The position numbers and the translations under genes are program-made. Source: Bradymonadia bacterium (GTDB lineage: Bacteria > Myxococcota_A > Bradymonadia > UBA7976 > UBA1532). Taken from it: a stretch of DNA of 64,000 nt. Of this stretch, positions 50,378 to 62,500 are shown one piece after another (position 1 is the first letter of the stretch; every line of letters begins with the position of its first letter). Location of the stretch: the NCBI GenBank assembly GCA_046290225.1, contig JBKAGE010000035.1, forward strand, positions 128,001-192,000, read 5' to 3'. The notes below the pieces were generated by a model. It worked only from the letters and a program-made list of their open reading frames with translations, had not been told where the DNA came from and did not search any database.

Positions 50378-53300
50378 ATGTCTCGCCACCATTTCTTTCG
50401 TCGTACGCTCCAAAGCCTTCTTGGGGCTGGTGCGCTGACGCTTCTGGCCGCCTTTTCGGCCCATGCAACTCACGACTACCTGACCTGCGCGCTCTTCGAT
50501 GACGGCCAGGTCAAGTGCTGGGGCGACAACGGCCATGGCAGCCTCGGCCTCGGTGATGGCAACGATCGTGGTGACAATGTCAACGAGATGGGCAACAACC
50601 TGCCCTATGTAGATCTCGGTGAGCCCGCCGTGGAGGTGTACACCTCACTGCGGGTGGCCTGCGCCAGGCTGCAAAGCGGGGCGGCGAAGTGCTGGGGCTA
50701 CGGTGGCCAGGGCATGTTGCTTCAAGGTGACACCAGCAGCCGCGGTGACCAGGCCAACGAGATGGGCAACAACCTGCCACCCATGAACTTCGGCACTGGC
50801 CGCACCGCCGAGGTCATCGACCTGGGTCACATTCATGCCTGCGGGGTGCTCGACAATGGCCGGGTGAAGTGTTGGGGCTATGGCGGTTGGGGCAACCTCG
50901 GCCAGGGCAATACCGCCAACCTCGGGGATTCAGCCAACGAGACGGGTGACGGCCTGCCCTATGTCGACTTGGGTACTGAGAATGGTCAACCGCTGCTGGC
51001 GAGCCAGGCGACCGCAGGTTACCCCACCAGCTGCGCCATTTTGGAAGACGGGCGGGTGAAGTGTTGGGGCTACAACAGCCATGGTGAGCTGGGTCAGGGC
51101 AACAACACCCAACGTGGCGACAACGCCAACGAGATGGGGAACAACCTCGCCTTCACCGACTTGGGCACTGGCCGGACTGCCAAGTACATCGACGGTGGCA
51201 TTCACACCTTCTGCGCAGTCCTCGACAATGACCGCGTGAAATGCTGGGGCTATGGAGGGTATGGCACCCTCGGCTATGGCGACAACCAGAACCGCGGTGA
51301 CGGTGCCAACGAGATGGGCGACAACCTGCCCTACGTCGACTTCGGCACCGACGGTCAGGGTAACCCGCTCAAGGTGAAAAACCTCTGGATGGGCGCCTAC
51401 CACAACTGCGTACAGCTTGAGAACGACGGCATCAAGTGCTGGGGCCGCGCTCAGCTCGGCGCCCTGGGCCGCCCCATCGGCAACGCCTACATCGGCCGCG
51501 GTGCCAATGAAATGGGTGACAATCTGCCCTATGTGGACCTCGGCACCGATGGCCAGGGCAACCCGCTGGTGGTGGCTGACATGAACCTGGGCCACTACTT
51601 CAACTGTGCGTTGTTCACCAACGGCAGCCAGAAGTGTTGGGGTTACGGCGTTTATGGCCAGCTCGGGACCGGCAACACCAGCAACCTCGGTGACAATGCC
51701 AATGAGATGGGGAACTTCCTGCCCTACCTAGACCTTGGTAATGGCACCGTGGTGGGCCTCTCACAGCCTTCACCGCTGCTCACCATCGACGAGGATGACG
51801 ACAACATCGACGATGCCATCGACAACTGCCTCTTCGTGGCCAACCCTGACCAGGCGGACACTGATGGCGACGGTCTGGGTGATGCGTGTGATGCCTGCGC
51901 GAACGATGCAACGAACGACGCTGACGGCGATGGCATCTGCCAGGACGTCGATAACTGCATCATGGTGGCCAACGCAGACCAGACAGATAACAACGGCGAC
52001 GGCTTCGGTGATGCTTGTGTGAGCGTGAACGCCGACATCGACCCCACTGCGACTTTGGGTGCTGATCTCGTCATTGGTGAGAACGCTGTGATTGGCGCCT
52101 TCTCTCGCGTGGACGACGGCGCCACCGTGATGGGGACCCTCGGCAGCAGTGTTGGCGTCGGCGCCGGCTCGGTCGTGGGCGCAGGGGCCAACCTCGCGAA
52201 CGGCGTCAGCGTGGGCGAGAACGTGGGCATCGGCACTGGCACCAGCATTGGTGTGATTGCCCGCATCGGTGACGGGGCCAGCATCGGCGCCAACGTCACC
52301 ATCGGCACTCAGGGCGACATCGGCGCTGGTGCTGTGATTCCCGACGGTGTGCAAATCGGCGAAATTTCGGGTGTGGGGGCCAACACTCAGCTTGGTGCTG
52401 GTTGTGTGCTCGGCAACAACGCTCGTTTCGGCGCCAACGGCTCCACTGGGACCGACTGCACTCTCGAGTCCAACACCCGTGTGGGCGATGACTTTGTCTT
52501 CGGCGACACCGTGTATGTCGAGTCGAACGCCACCGTCGAGCCTGAGGCTGACTTCGGCAATGGTGTGCGCATCGGTGACTACGCCGTGGTGGGCCGCAAC
52601 GCTCACCTCGCAGCGGGCACCATCCTCGCTTCTGGTGCGGAGCTTGGTGAAGACGCCGCTGTGGGTGCCGACTCCGAGATTCGCGGTGCCCTGGGCAACG
52701 GCGTGACTCTGGGTGCTGACTGCTTCGTGGGTAACCAGAGCAGTCTCGCCGACAACTGCACCTTCGGGGACCGTGTCACCACCGGCATCTTCGTATCCCT
52801 CGGCGCTCGCTGTGATGTGGGTGAGGATTCAGCGATTTACGACGGTGTGACTCTCGGCGTCGATGGCACCATTGGCGCTCGCAGCACTGTGCTCTTCCGC
52901 GCCACCATCGGTGATACTGCCAACATTGGCACCGACACCATCATCGATGAGCAGAACACCATTGGTCACCGGTTCACCCTCGGCAACAACAGCCGCCTCT
53001 GGCCTCGAAGCGGCTTCGGCAACGACGTCAGCGTCGGTGCCAACGTGCTGATTCGCGACACCGCTGACGTGGGCGACGAGGTCACCATCGAGAACGACGT
53101 CACCATCTTCCCCGAGACCACCATCGGCGCCGGTGCAACCATCCGTCAGGGCGTAGAGCTCGGTGTGGCTGTGTGTGAGACCCAGGTGTGCGGGCAGGTC
53201 ACCATCGGCGAGTGCTCCGACATCAACGCCGACATGAACCCCGGGAGCGACATGCCGGGGAGCTGCCAGCAGGGCCTCGACGCCGAGAGCGCGGGCATCG

Positions 53301-54118
53301 ACTGCCTGGACCTGCTCAACAACGGGAACGTGGACACTGACGGTGTGTACTGGATTGACCCCGACGGCAACGGTGGGGATGTACCCTTCCAGGCCTACTG
53401 CGACATGACCAGCAGCGGTGGTGGTTGGACCCTGGTGCTCAACCTCGACACCTCTGACGGCCACGTCATGTGGTGGCACAACAACCTCTGGACCAACGGC
53501 ACCCTGCACAACAGCGCCTCGCCCGACCTCAGCGGCGACTACAAAGGCCTCGGCTGGAACGAGATTCCCGCTCAGGAGTTCCTCCTCCTCGTGCACGAGC
53601 AGGGCAACTACAAGGGCTGGAAGTCCTTCAACAGCGCCAACGCCGGCAACACCATGAACACCTGGCTCAACAGCGGCGACAACGTCCCCATCTCCACCTT
53701 CGGCGCCACCGACAGCTTCCTCGCCGGTGACCTCTGGAACGGTGAGCACCTCGTCCGCGACTCAAACCAGCTCTGGATCAACCAGAACGACAACTTCAAC
53801 GGCTACTGCAACACCAACGACTGGGATCGCATCTGCTCCGACACCTGCAAGGTCGGCGGCAACGACGGCGGTGGCCTCGGTAACTGCCACGACTGCACTC
53901 ATGGCCCCCAGTGGCGCACCACCTCGGAGGCCCAGGCTGGCTGGCACAACTGGACCAGCAACTCAGCCTGCTACGCCGGCACGCCCCACAACGGCCTCGG
54001 CCACTACGGCACCGACACTGCCTACCCCGCCACCTGCAACAACAGCGGCGCCAACAACGCCGCTTCGTGGTCCTGCGCCAATGGCATCAACTACGACTAC
54101 GCCATCTTCGTCCGCTGA
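50378..54118 (+). CDS. Array member 4: signal peptide - 7x RCC1-like - TSP3 - hexapeptide beta-helix - Cys-rich fibrinogen-like variable C-domain
   Basis: GGAGG RBS; seven KCWG repeats; conserved core; [12 protein letters not shown]; ends AIFVR. Confidence 0.88.
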   Translation: MSRHHFFRRTLQSLLGAGALTLLAAFSAHATHDYLTCALFDDGQVKCWGDNGHGSLGLGDGNDRGDNVNEMGNNLPYVDLGEPAVEVYTSLRVACARLQSGAAKCWGYGGQGMLLQGDTSSRGDQANEMGNNLPPMNFGTGRTAEVIDLGHIHACGVLDNGRVKCWGYGGWGNLGQGNTANLGDSANETGDGLPYVDLGTENGQPLLASQATAGYPTSCAILEDGRVKCWGYNSHGELGQGNNTQRGDNANEMGNNLAFTDLGTGRTAKYIDGGIHTFCAVLDNDRVKCWGYGGYGTLGYGDNQNRGDGANEMGDNLPYVDFGTDGQGNPLKVKNLWMGAYHNCVQLENDGIKCWGRAQLGALGRPIGNAYIGRGANEMGDNLPYVDLGTDGQGNPLVVADMNLGHYFNCALFTNGSQKCWGYGVYGQLGTGNTSNLGDNANEMGNFLPYLDLGNGTVVGLSQPSPLLTIDEDDDNIDDAIDNCLFVANPDQADTDGDGLGDACDACANDATNDADGDGICQDVDNCIMVANADQTDNNGDGFGDACVSVNADIDPTATLGADLVIGENAVIGAFSRVDDGATVMGTLGSSVGVGAGSVVGAGANLANGVSVGENVGIGTGTSIGVIARIGDGASIGANVTIGTQGDIGAGAVIPDGVQIGEISGVGANTQLGAGCVLGNNARFGANGSTGTDCTLESNTRVGDDFVFGDTVYVESNATVEPEADFGNGVRIGDYAVVGRNAHLAAGTILASGAELGEDAAVGADSEIRGALGNGVTLGADCFVGNQSSLADNCTFGDRVTTGIFVSLGARCDVGEDSAIYDGVTLGVDGTIGARSTVLFRATIGDTANIGTDTIIDEQNTIGHRFTLGNNSRLWPRSGFGNDVSVGANVLIRDTADVGDEVTIENDVTIFPETTIGAGATIRQGVELGVAVCETQVCGQVTIGECSDINADMNPGSDMPGSCQQGLDAESAGIDCLDLLNNGNVDTDGVYWIDPDGNGGDVPFQAYCDMTSSGGGWTLVLNLDTSDGHVMWWHNNLWTNGTLHNSASPDLSGDYKGLGWNEIPAQEFLLLVHEQGNYKGWKSFNSANAGNTMNTWLNSGDNVPISTFGATDSFLAGDLWNGEHLVRDSNQLWINQNDNFNGYCNTNDWDRICSDTCKVGGNDGGGLGNCHDCTHGPQWRTTSEAQAGWHNWTSNSACYAGTPHNGLGHYGTDTAYPATCNNSGANNAASWSCANGINYDYAIFVR

Positions 54119-54208
54119 GCCCTCCAGGGTGATTTCACCCTGTGAGATACCTGCCGGATAACCGCTCGCGCCCCACCCGTTTCCGCCTGAGATCACAGCC
54201 CCAGATGC

Positions 54209-54256
54209 GTACACTGTGATTTTGTGTAGTCCCCAGTGTATCCATTCACCTACAAT
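54209..54256 (+). promoter_or_regulatory. Conserved upstream motif, class A, member 5
   Basis: GTACA-N11-TGTAGTC-N19-TACAAT. Confidence 0.62.
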
Positions 54257-54294
54257 GGCTCCGTTTGCATACTCCCAATGCTCTCGGAGGGCCG

Positions 54295-57200
54295 ATGTCT
54301 CGCTCCAACTTCTTTCGCCGCACACTCCATGGCTTGCTCGGGGCTGGTGCGCTGACGCTGCTGGCCGCTTCTTCGGCCCAGGCGACTCATGACTACCAAA
54401 CCTGTGCGCTCTTCGACGACGGGCAGGTGAAGTGCTGGGGCTACAACAGCCACGGCAACCTCGGCCTCGGCGACACCAACCATCGCGGTGACTCTCCTGG
54501 CGAGATGGGCAACAGCCTGCCCTACCTCGACCTCGGTGAGCCTGCGGTAGAGGTCCACACGAACTATCTCGTCGGCTGCGCCACATTGCAGAGCGGTGCT
54601 GTGAAGTGCTGGGGCTACAACGCCCACGGTCAGCTGCTCAAAGGCAACACCAGCTCCCTCGGTGACGGGCCCAACGAGATGGGCAACAACCTCACGCCCA
54701 TCGACTTGGGTACGGGGCGTACTTCGGCATACCTCGACATGGGCATGTATCACATCTGTTCCGTGCTCGATAACGGCCGCATCAAGTGTTGGGGTTACAA
54801 CTACTATGGCCAGCTGGGCTACGGGGACACCAACTACCGTGGCGACCAGGCCAACGAGAGTGGTGACAATCTGCCCTATGTGGATCTCGGGACTGAGAAC
54901 GGCCAGCCACTTCTGGCTGCTCAGGTGGGGGCAAACTACATCAGCACCTGCGCCATCCTCACCGACGGCCGCGTGAAGTGCTGGGGCTACAACAACTATG
55001 GTGAGCTGGGCCAGGGTCACACCGCCCATCGTGGTGATCATGGCAACGAGATGGGGAACAACCTGCCCTTCACCAACCTGGGCACTGGGCGGACCGCCAA
55101 GTACATCGACGGTGGCATCCACACCATGTGCGCCATCCTCGATAACGACCGCCTCAAGTGCTGGGGCTATGGTGGTTACGGCACCCTCGGCCAGGGCAAC
55201 ACCACCCACTACGGCGACAACGAGACCGGCGACAGCATCCCCTATGTGCCTCTTGGCACCGACGGCCAGGGCAACCCCCTCACTGTGAAGAACTTCTGGA
55301 CAGGCGCATATCACTACTGCGCCAAGCTCGAGACCGACGGCGTGAAGTGCTGGGGCACCAACTCAGGCGGCGCCCTGGGCTATGGCCACAGCACCCGCCT
55401 CGGCGACAACCCTGGTGAGATGGGCGACAGCCTGCCCTATGTGGATTTTGGCACTGACGATCAGGGCCAGCCTCTCGTGGTGGCCGACATGGACCTGGGC
55501 CACTACTTCGGCTGCGCATTGTTCACCAATGGCACCCAGAAATGCTGGGGCTACGCGCTCTATGGTCAGCTTGGCACGGGTGACACCACCCACCGCGGTG
55601 ACAACGCCAACGAGATGGGGAACAACCTGCCCTACCTCGACCTCGGAGACGGCACTGTGGTGGCGCTCTCCGAGCCCACGCCTCTGCTCATCGTCGACGA
55701 CGACGGCGACAACATCGACGATGCCATCGACAACTGCCCCTTCCTCGCCAACGCAGATCAGGCCGATACCGATGGTGACGGCATGGGTGACGCGTGTGAT
55801 GCATGTGCGAACGACGCGACAAACGACGCTGACGGCGATGGCATCTGCCAGGATGTGGACAACTGCATCACCGTCGCGAATGCAGACCAGACGGACAACA
55901 ACGGTGATGGCTACGGCGACGCTTGCGTGAGCGTGAACGCCGACATCGACCCCACCGCTACCCTCGGCAACGACCTCGTCATCGGTGAGAACGCTGTCAT
56001 CGGCTCATTCGCCAATGTCGGCGACGGCGCCACAGTGATGGGTGACCTTGGCAGCAGCGCCAGCGTAGGCGCAGGCTCTGTCGTGGCCGCGGGTGCCAGC
56101 CTCGCCAACGGCGTTCGTGTGGGTGACAACGTGGGCATCGGGGCTGGTACCAGCATTGGTGTCATCGCTCGCATCGGTGACGGGGCCAGCATCGGCGCCA
56201 ACGTCACCATCGGTACTCAGGGTGAAATCGGCGCTGGTGCTGTCATCCCTGACGGCGTCCAGATTGGTGAGATTTCGGGTGTGGGTGACAACACTCAGCT
56301 CGGTGCTGGCTGTGTCCTCGGCAACAACGCCAAGATGGGCGCCAACGGCTCCACGGGGACCGACTGCACCCTCGAGTCGAACACTCGCGTGGGCGATGAC
56401 TTCGTCTTTGGGAGCACGGTGCACATCGAGTCGAACTCCACCATCGAGCCCGAGGCCGACTTCGGCAACGGTGTCCGCATTGGTGACTACGCTGTCGTGG
56501 GCCGCAACGCTCACCTCGCAGCGGGCACCATCCTCGCTTCTGGTGCGGAGCTTGGTGAAGACGCCGCTGTGGGCGCTGACTCCGAGATTCGCGGTGCCCT
56601 GGGCAATGGCGTGACCCTGGGCGCTGACTGCTTCGTGGGCAACCAGAGCAGCCTCGCCGACAACTGCACCTTTGGTGATCGCGTCACCACTGGCATCTTC
56701 GTCACCCTGGGCGCTCGCTGTGATGTGGGTGAAGACTCCGCCATCTATGACGGTGTGACTCTCGGCGTGGACAACACCGTGGGCGCCCGCAGCACCATTC
56801 TGTTCCGGACCACCATCGGCGACACCGCCAACATCGGGACCAACACCATCATCGATGAGCAGAACACCATCGGGAACCGCTTCACCCTGGGCAACAACAG
56901 CCGCCTCTGGCCCCGCTCTGGCTTTGGCAACGACGTCAGCGTCGGTGCCAACGTGCTGATTCGCGACACCGCTGACGTGGGTGACGAGGTCACCATCGAA
57001 GACGATGTCACCATCTTCCCCGAGACCACCATCGGCAACGACGTCACAATCCGTCAGGGTGTGGAGATCGGCGTAGCTGTCTGTGAGACTCAGGTCTGTG
57101 GGCAGGTCAACATCGGCGAGTGTCTCGACATCAACGCCGACATGAACCCGGGTGAGGCCCTCGCCGCCGATTGTATCGACGGTGGCGATCCCGGCAGCGC

Positions 57201-57813
57201 CGGCTTGAGCTGCTCGGCCATTCTCGCCAGCGGCGCCACCGACAGTGGTACATACTGGCTCGATCCTGATGGTGACGGTGGCCTTGCGCCCTTCCAGGCA
57301 TACTGTGACATGACCACGGATGGTGGTGGCTGGACCCTGCTCGCGCGCAACAACCAGACCACCACCTTCACCAACTTCCACCGCACCTGGGCGGACTACC
57401 GTGATGGCTTTGGTGACGCAGCCAACAACAACCTCGGCTGGATCGGCAATGATCGGATCCATGCACTCACCACCAACGGAAACGGTGAGATGCACATTCG
57501 TACGAACTCACTGACTCATGTATACGCCAACTTTGTGGTACAAAATGAGGCCAACAACTATCGAATGACGTTCAGCAACACTGCACAGTCAAACGATGGC
57601 AACCACTTCAGCTACCACAACAACCGTAACTTTACCACTTACGATGATGACAACGACAGTTATGGTGGCAACTGTGCCAGCGTCTACAAGGCAGGCTGGT
57701 GGTATGGCTCGTGTTACAACATGACCATTGCGGGCAGTAACAACAACCATGTGTACTGGCGCAGTGACGCAGGCCTTTACTACGTCAACGACATCGCCAT
57801 CTGGATCCGCTGA
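54295..57813 (+). CDS. Array member 5: signal peptide - 7x RCC1-like - TSP3 - hexapeptide beta-helix - canonical fibrinogen C-terminal (FReD) domain
   Basis: GGAGG RBS; seven KCWG repeats; FReD motifs F.RTWADYRDGFG, WIGNDRIHALT, FTTYDDDND....C......GWWY..C; ends AIWIR. Confidence 0.9.
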   Translation: MSRSNFFRRTLHGLLGAGALTLLAASSAQATHDYQTCALFDDGQVKCWGYNSHGNLGLGDTNHRGDSPGEMGNSLPYLDLGEPAVEVHTNYLVGCATLQSGAVKCWGYNAHGQLLKGNTSSLGDGPNEMGNNLTPIDLGTGRTSAYLDMGMYHICSVLDNGRIKCWGYNYYGQLGYGDTNYRGDQANESGDNLPYVDLGTENGQPLLAAQVGANYISTCAILTDGRVKCWGYNNYGELGQGHTAHRGDHGNEMGNNLPFTNLGTGRTAKYIDGGIHTMCAILDNDRLKCWGYGGYGTLGQGNTTHYGDNETGDSIPYVPLGTDGQGNPLTVKNFWTGAYHYCAKLETDGVKCWGTNSGGALGYGHSTRLGDNPGEMGDSLPYVDFGTDDQGQPLVVADMDLGHYFGCALFTNGTQKCWGYALYGQLGTGDTTHRGDNANEMGNNLPYLDLGDGTVVALSEPTPLLIVDDDGDNIDDAIDNCPFLANADQADTDGDGMGDACDACANDATNDADGDGICQDVDNCITVANADQTDNNGDGYGDACVSVNADIDPTATLGNDLVIGENAVIGSFANVGDGATVMGDLGSSASVGAGSVVAAGASLANGVRVGDNVGIGAGTSIGVIARIGDGASIGANVTIGTQGEIGAGAVIPDGVQIGEISGVGDNTQLGAGCVLGNNAKMGANGSTGTDCTLESNTRVGDDFVFGSTVHIESNSTIEPEADFGNGVRIGDYAVVGRNAHLAAGTILASGAELGEDAAVGADSEIRGALGNGVTLGADCFVGNQSSLADNCTFGDRVTTGIFVTLGARCDVGEDSAIYDGVTLGVDNTVGARSTILFRTTIGDTANIGTNTIIDEQNTIGNRFTLGNNSRLWPRSGFGNDVSVGANVLIRDTADVGDEVTIEDDVTIFPETTIGNDVTIRQGVEIGVAVCETQVCGQVNIGECLDINADMNPGEALAADCIDGGDPGSAGLSCSAILASGATDSGTYWLDPDGDGGLAPFQAYCDMTTDGGGWTLLARNNQTTTFTNFHRTWADYRDGFGDAANNNLGWIGNDRIHALTTNGNGEMHIRTNSLTHVYANFVVQNEANNYRMTFSNTAQSNDGNHFSYHNNRNFTTYDDDNDSYGGNCASVYKAGWWYGSCYNMTIAGSNNNHVYWRSDAGLYYVNDIAIWIR

Positions 57814-57936
57814 GCTCTCTCCCCCATTTGGGCCATCGCATTGCGCTTGAGCCCCCTACATGATTTGCCTGCGACAACGGTCCACGTGCCGAATCCCTAT
57901 GGGGTCCAGCTCACCACAGTCGCCAGGCATCACTCC

Positions 57937-59406
57937 ATGACCCTTCCTCCTCCGCTCTACCCTCTCCGCGTCAACGCACTCAACGACTCACCGTTACGCA
58001 GCGATGGGCGCTATGTGTTGTATTGGATGATCGCCGCCCGGCGCCCCCGATATAACTTCGCCCTGGAGCGCGCTCTCGAGCTGGGGCGGCAGCTCGATCG
58101 GCCCGTACTGGTCTTCGAGCCACTGCGCATCGGATATCGCTGGGCCTCTGATCGCATACATCGATATGTCCTCGATGGCATGAAGGCCAATCACACCGCC
58201 TTCATGGCTGCTGGTGTGCGCCATTACCCCTACGTCGAACCCGAAGCGGGTGCAGGCAAAGGGTTGCTCGAAGCCCTTGCAGAGCACGCGTGCGCCGTCG
58301 TCACCGACGAGTTCCCATGCTTCTTCCTCCCCCGAATGGTCCGCGCAGCAGGTGAGCGTCTGTCAGTGTACGCCGAGCAGGTCGACGGCAATGGCCTCAT
58401 GCCCCTGAGAGCCGCCGAGCGAGTGTTCACGACGGCGGCAAGCTTCCGCCGCCATCTGCACAAGACACTGCCCGATCACCTGGGACATTGGCCCATGGCT
58501 GATCCGCTCGTCGATCTCGCGCAACCCATGGCCGAGATCCCCGAGCAGGTGAGTCATCAGTGGCCCATGGCCGATCTTGCCGATGTAGAGGCTCTGATCG
58601 AGCGCTTGCCCATCGATCACACAGTGGCTCCGGTGGCTGAGCGTGGAGGCTTCGTCGAAGGCACCCGGGCCATGAGCCGGTTCATCGAGCAACGCCTCTC
58701 GCGCTACGGCGACGATCGCAACCACCCCGACGAAGCAGGGGCGAGCCAGCTGTCGGGCTGGCTGCACTTTGGCCATGTGTCGGCCCATGAGGTCGTGAAG
58801 CGGATCTTCGAGGCGGAAGACTGGTCCCCGGCCCGCCTGGGCCCCAAGCCCACGGGCAAACGAGAGGGCTGGTGGGGCCTGAGCGCACCTGCCGAAGCCT
58901 TCATGGACGAGATCGTCACCTGGCGGGAGGTGGGCTTCACCTTCACCTTCCAGCGGCCCGACGATTACGATCAGTTCGAGTCGCTCCCGGCCTGGGCGCT
59001 GACCACCCTTGCCGAGCACGCTGACGACGAGCGCCCCCACCTCTACACGCTCGAGCAGCTCGACAGCGCCCGCACTCATGACGAGATCTGGAATGCTGCT
59101 CAACGACAACTCAAGCGCGACGGACGCATCCACAACTACCTGCGCATGCTCTGGGGCAAGAAGATCCTGCAGTGGAGCCCAACGCCTCAAATGGCTCTCG
59201 AGCGCCTCATCGAATTGAACAATCGCTACGCCATCGATGGCCGTGATCCCAACAGCTACAGCGGCATCTTTTGGGTGCTGGGCCGCTTCGATCGCGCATG
59301 GGGACCAGTACGGCCCATCTTCGGCAAGGTGCGCTACATGACCTCGGAGAGCACAGCGAAGAAAGTGCGTCTCAAGAAGTACCTGCACACCTACCGCCGC
59401 CTATAG
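57937..59406 (+). CDS. phrB: Deoxyribodipyrimidine photolyase, class II CPD type
   Basis: YVLYWM....R...N.AL, DRNHP....SQLS.WLHFG.VS, THDEIWNAAQ, HNYLRMLWGKKILQW, YAIDGRDPNSY.GI.W, RPIFGKVRYM. Confidence 0.92.
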   Translation: MTLPPPLYPLRVNALNDSPLRSDGRYVLYWMIAARRPRYNFALERALELGRQLDRPVLVFEPLRIGYRWASDRIHRYVLDGMKANHTAFMAAGVRHYPYVEPEAGAGKGLLEALAEHACAVVTDEFPCFFLPRMVRAAGERLSVYAEQVDGNGLMPLRAAERVFTTAASFRRHLHKTLPDHLGHWPMADPLVDLAQPMAEIPEQVSHQWPMADLADVEALIERLPIDHTVAPVAERGGFVEGTRAMSRFIEQRLSRYGDDRNHPDEAGASQLSGWLHFGHVSAHEVVKRIFEAEDWSPARLGPKPTGKREGWWGLSAPAEAFMDEIVTWREVGFTFTFQRPDDYDQFESLPAWALTTLAEHADDERPHLYTLEQLDSARTHDEIWNAAQRQLKRDGRIHNYLRMLWGKKILQWSPTPQMALERLIELNNRYAIDGRDPNSYSGIFWVLGRFDRAWGPVRPIFGKVRYMTSESTAKKVRLKKYLHTYRRL

Positions 59407-59427
59407 CCTCACTTGTCCCTTCAAATC

Positions 59428-59474
59428 CTACCTTCTACATTTCTGTAGTCTTATGTGTGTCATGGCAGTACCCT
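59428..59474 (+). promoter_or_regulatory. Conserved upstream motif, class A, member 6
   Basis: CTACC-N11-TGTAGTC-N18-TACCCT. Confidence 0.5.
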
Positions 59475-59505
59475 ATGACAGTGTTCAGCCCATAGGGAAT
59501 CGACG

Positions 59506-62500
59506 ATGACTCGACGCCTTGTCTTTCTGACCTCCGCCTTCTCACTGGCGCTCGCCGGTGCAGCTTCGGCGCAGACCATCAACAACATGCCTGGTGGTGA
59601 CGCTGGCCCTGACCTTTCAGGTGAAGGTCTCATCCAGTGTTATGGATGGCACAACAACGGTGTGTCGCCCTCACCCGATCTGGATGCGGTGAGAGCAGCA
59701 TGTGGTGACGCCGTGCGCATCACCTTCGCAGGCTACCGTCATGATGGCACCTTCGTCCGCCACGACATGAGCTTGCAGCAGTCCTTCGTCAACTACCTCG
59801 GCAACGGCAGTCTCTTCTTCCAGCAGTTCGACACCAGCAACAATTACAGCTGGCACAAGGACAACAACTGGCTCCTGCTCGTCGACTACAACAACGCGTG
59901 GTCTGATCCCGGCCGTCTCTGGGAGCCCAGCTTCAACGGCGGCACCAGCGCCACCAACGGCCACGTGCTCTCACAGCTCGGCAACAACGCCCACGATCAG
60001 CACAGCCACCTGGGCGATCGCTACTTCATCTACAAGGGCCTCTCGAACTCAACAGCCCGCATCGACAACATGCCTGGCGGTTATGCTGGCCCCGACCTCT
60101 CCGCTGAAGGTCGCACGCAGTGCTACGGCTGGCTCAACAACGGCAACACCCCACCGCCTGACATCGCAGCCATCCGCACGGCCTGCGGCGACGCTGAGGG
60201 CATCACCTTCGCAGGTTACCGCCACGACGGCACCCTTGTACGCCACGACATGAGCCTGCGGCAGCCGTTCATCAACTACCTCGGCAATGGCCGGCTCACG
60301 TTCACCGACTTCGACCACAGCAGCCAGTACTCCTGGGAGAAGTCCGACAACTGGATCCTGCTCACCGACTACGCCAACGGCTGGTCGGACCCTGGCCGTC
60401 TCTGGGAGCCCGGGATCAACGGTCAGTCCGGCGCCACCGGGGGCCACGTGCTCTCGCAGCTCGGCAACAACGCCCACGATCAGCACAGCCACACCGGCGA
60501 CAGCTACTTCATCTACAAGGTGGTGGTCGATCCTGACGGTGACGGCATCAATGAAGGCGACAACTGCCCCGATGTGGCCAACGCCGATCAGGCCGATGTG
60601 GATGGTGATGGTGTCGGTGACGCCTGTGATGTCTGCCCTGCAGACGCCACGAACGACGAAGATGGCGATGGCATCTGTCAGGACGTGGACAACTGCCCCA
60701 CTGTGAGCAATGGCGATCAGGCAGATGACAATGGTGACGGTTATGGCGACGCCTGTGTGAGCCCTGATGCTCAGATCCCGGAGACGGCCACCCTGGGCAA
60801 CGACATTGTCATTGGTCCTGCTGCGGTCATCGGCACCTACGCTCGGATCGGAGACGGGGCCACGGTGAACGGCTCTGTGGGCAACAGTGTGGTGGTGGGC
60901 GCAGGCTCTGTGGTGCCCGCAGGTGCCACGGTGGAGAACGCCGTGGTCATCGGGGCCAACGTGGGTCTGGGCACCGGCTGTACCGTGGGCATCCTCGCCA
61001 ACATCGGTGACAACGTCACCGCCGGTACGAACTGCGCCTTCGGGAGCAAGGCTGAGGTGGGTGCCGGAAGCACCTTCGGCAACAACACCAGTGTGGGCAC
61101 CCTCGCCATCGTCGGTGATGGTTCCAGCTTCGCCGATGGCACCAGCCTCGGGAACAACAGCCAGGTCGGCGCCAGCGCTGACCTGCTCGCTGGTTCCAGC
61201 ATCGCCAGCAACACGCGTGTGGGTCACACCCTCAGCCTCGGTGCCGGCGCCATCATCGAAAGCAACACCGAGATCGGCGACGAAGCCATCATCGGTGCGA
61301 ACGGCATCGTGCGCAGCTACGTGACCATCGGGAACAGCCTGGCTATGGGCGCTGGTGCTGAGTTTGCCTCTGGTGCTGCCGCCGGTGATGACGCCACCCT
61401 GGGCGAGAACACCGAGGTCCGCGGCTCACTGGGCAACAACGTCACCCTCGAAGACCGAGTGTTCATCGGGAACCAAAGCAGCGTCGGCGACAACACGCAC
61501 ATGCACCACGACACCACGCTGGGCATCTTCGCCACCGTGGAGTCGGGCTGCACCATTCACGACGACTCTGCTCTATACGACGGCGTCACTCTCGGGGCCG
61601 ACAGCACCGTGGGTGAGCGCACCACCATCTTGTTCCGCGCCAACGTCGGCGCTCGGGCCAGCATCGGTGACGACACCATCATCGACGAGCAGAACACCAT
61701 CGGCACCGACCTGACGCTCGGCAACAACAGCCGCCTGTGGCCCCGAAGCACCTATGGCAACAACGTCAACGTTGGCAACAACGTCCTCATCCGTGACACC
61801 GCAGACATCGGTGACGACGTCATCATCGAAGATGATGTGATCATCTTCCCCGAGACCAGCATCGGGAACGAGAGCGTCATTCGCCAGGGCGTGGAGCTCG
61901 GCGTGGCCACATGTGCCGATCGGGTGTGTGGGCAGGTGACCATCGGCGCATGCCAGGAGGTCAACGCCGACATGGATCCCGCAGCGTTGATGGACGGTGA
62001 CTGCGTCAGCGGCGATGCCCCGGAGAACGCGGGGCAGGATTGTGGGGCACTCCTCGCCGAAGGGGTCAACGTCGACGGCACCTACTGGATTGACCCGGAT
62101 GGAGATGGCGGCATCGACCCGTTCCAGGCGTACTGCGACATGACGAGCGCTGGCGGTGGGTGGACCCTCATCGTGTTCAACAACACGAACAACAACAGCG
62201 CCCTGTGGAACCAGAACTGGGCGACCTACAAGGCAGGCTTTGGCAACACCGCGAACCGTGACAACGGCTGGATTGGAAACGACAAGCTGCATGCGCTGAC
62301 GGCGAACGGCGCCAACGACATGCAGGTCCGCATCAACGACGACCTCAACACCAGCTCGGTGTACGGCAACTTCAACGTCGAGAACGAGGCCAACAACTAT
62401 CGCATGACTGTGGGCGCGGTGATTTCGGGGCCGACGTACGGCAACCTCGCCTACCACAGCGGCTCGATGTTCAGTACCTACGACCGGGACAATGACAGTC

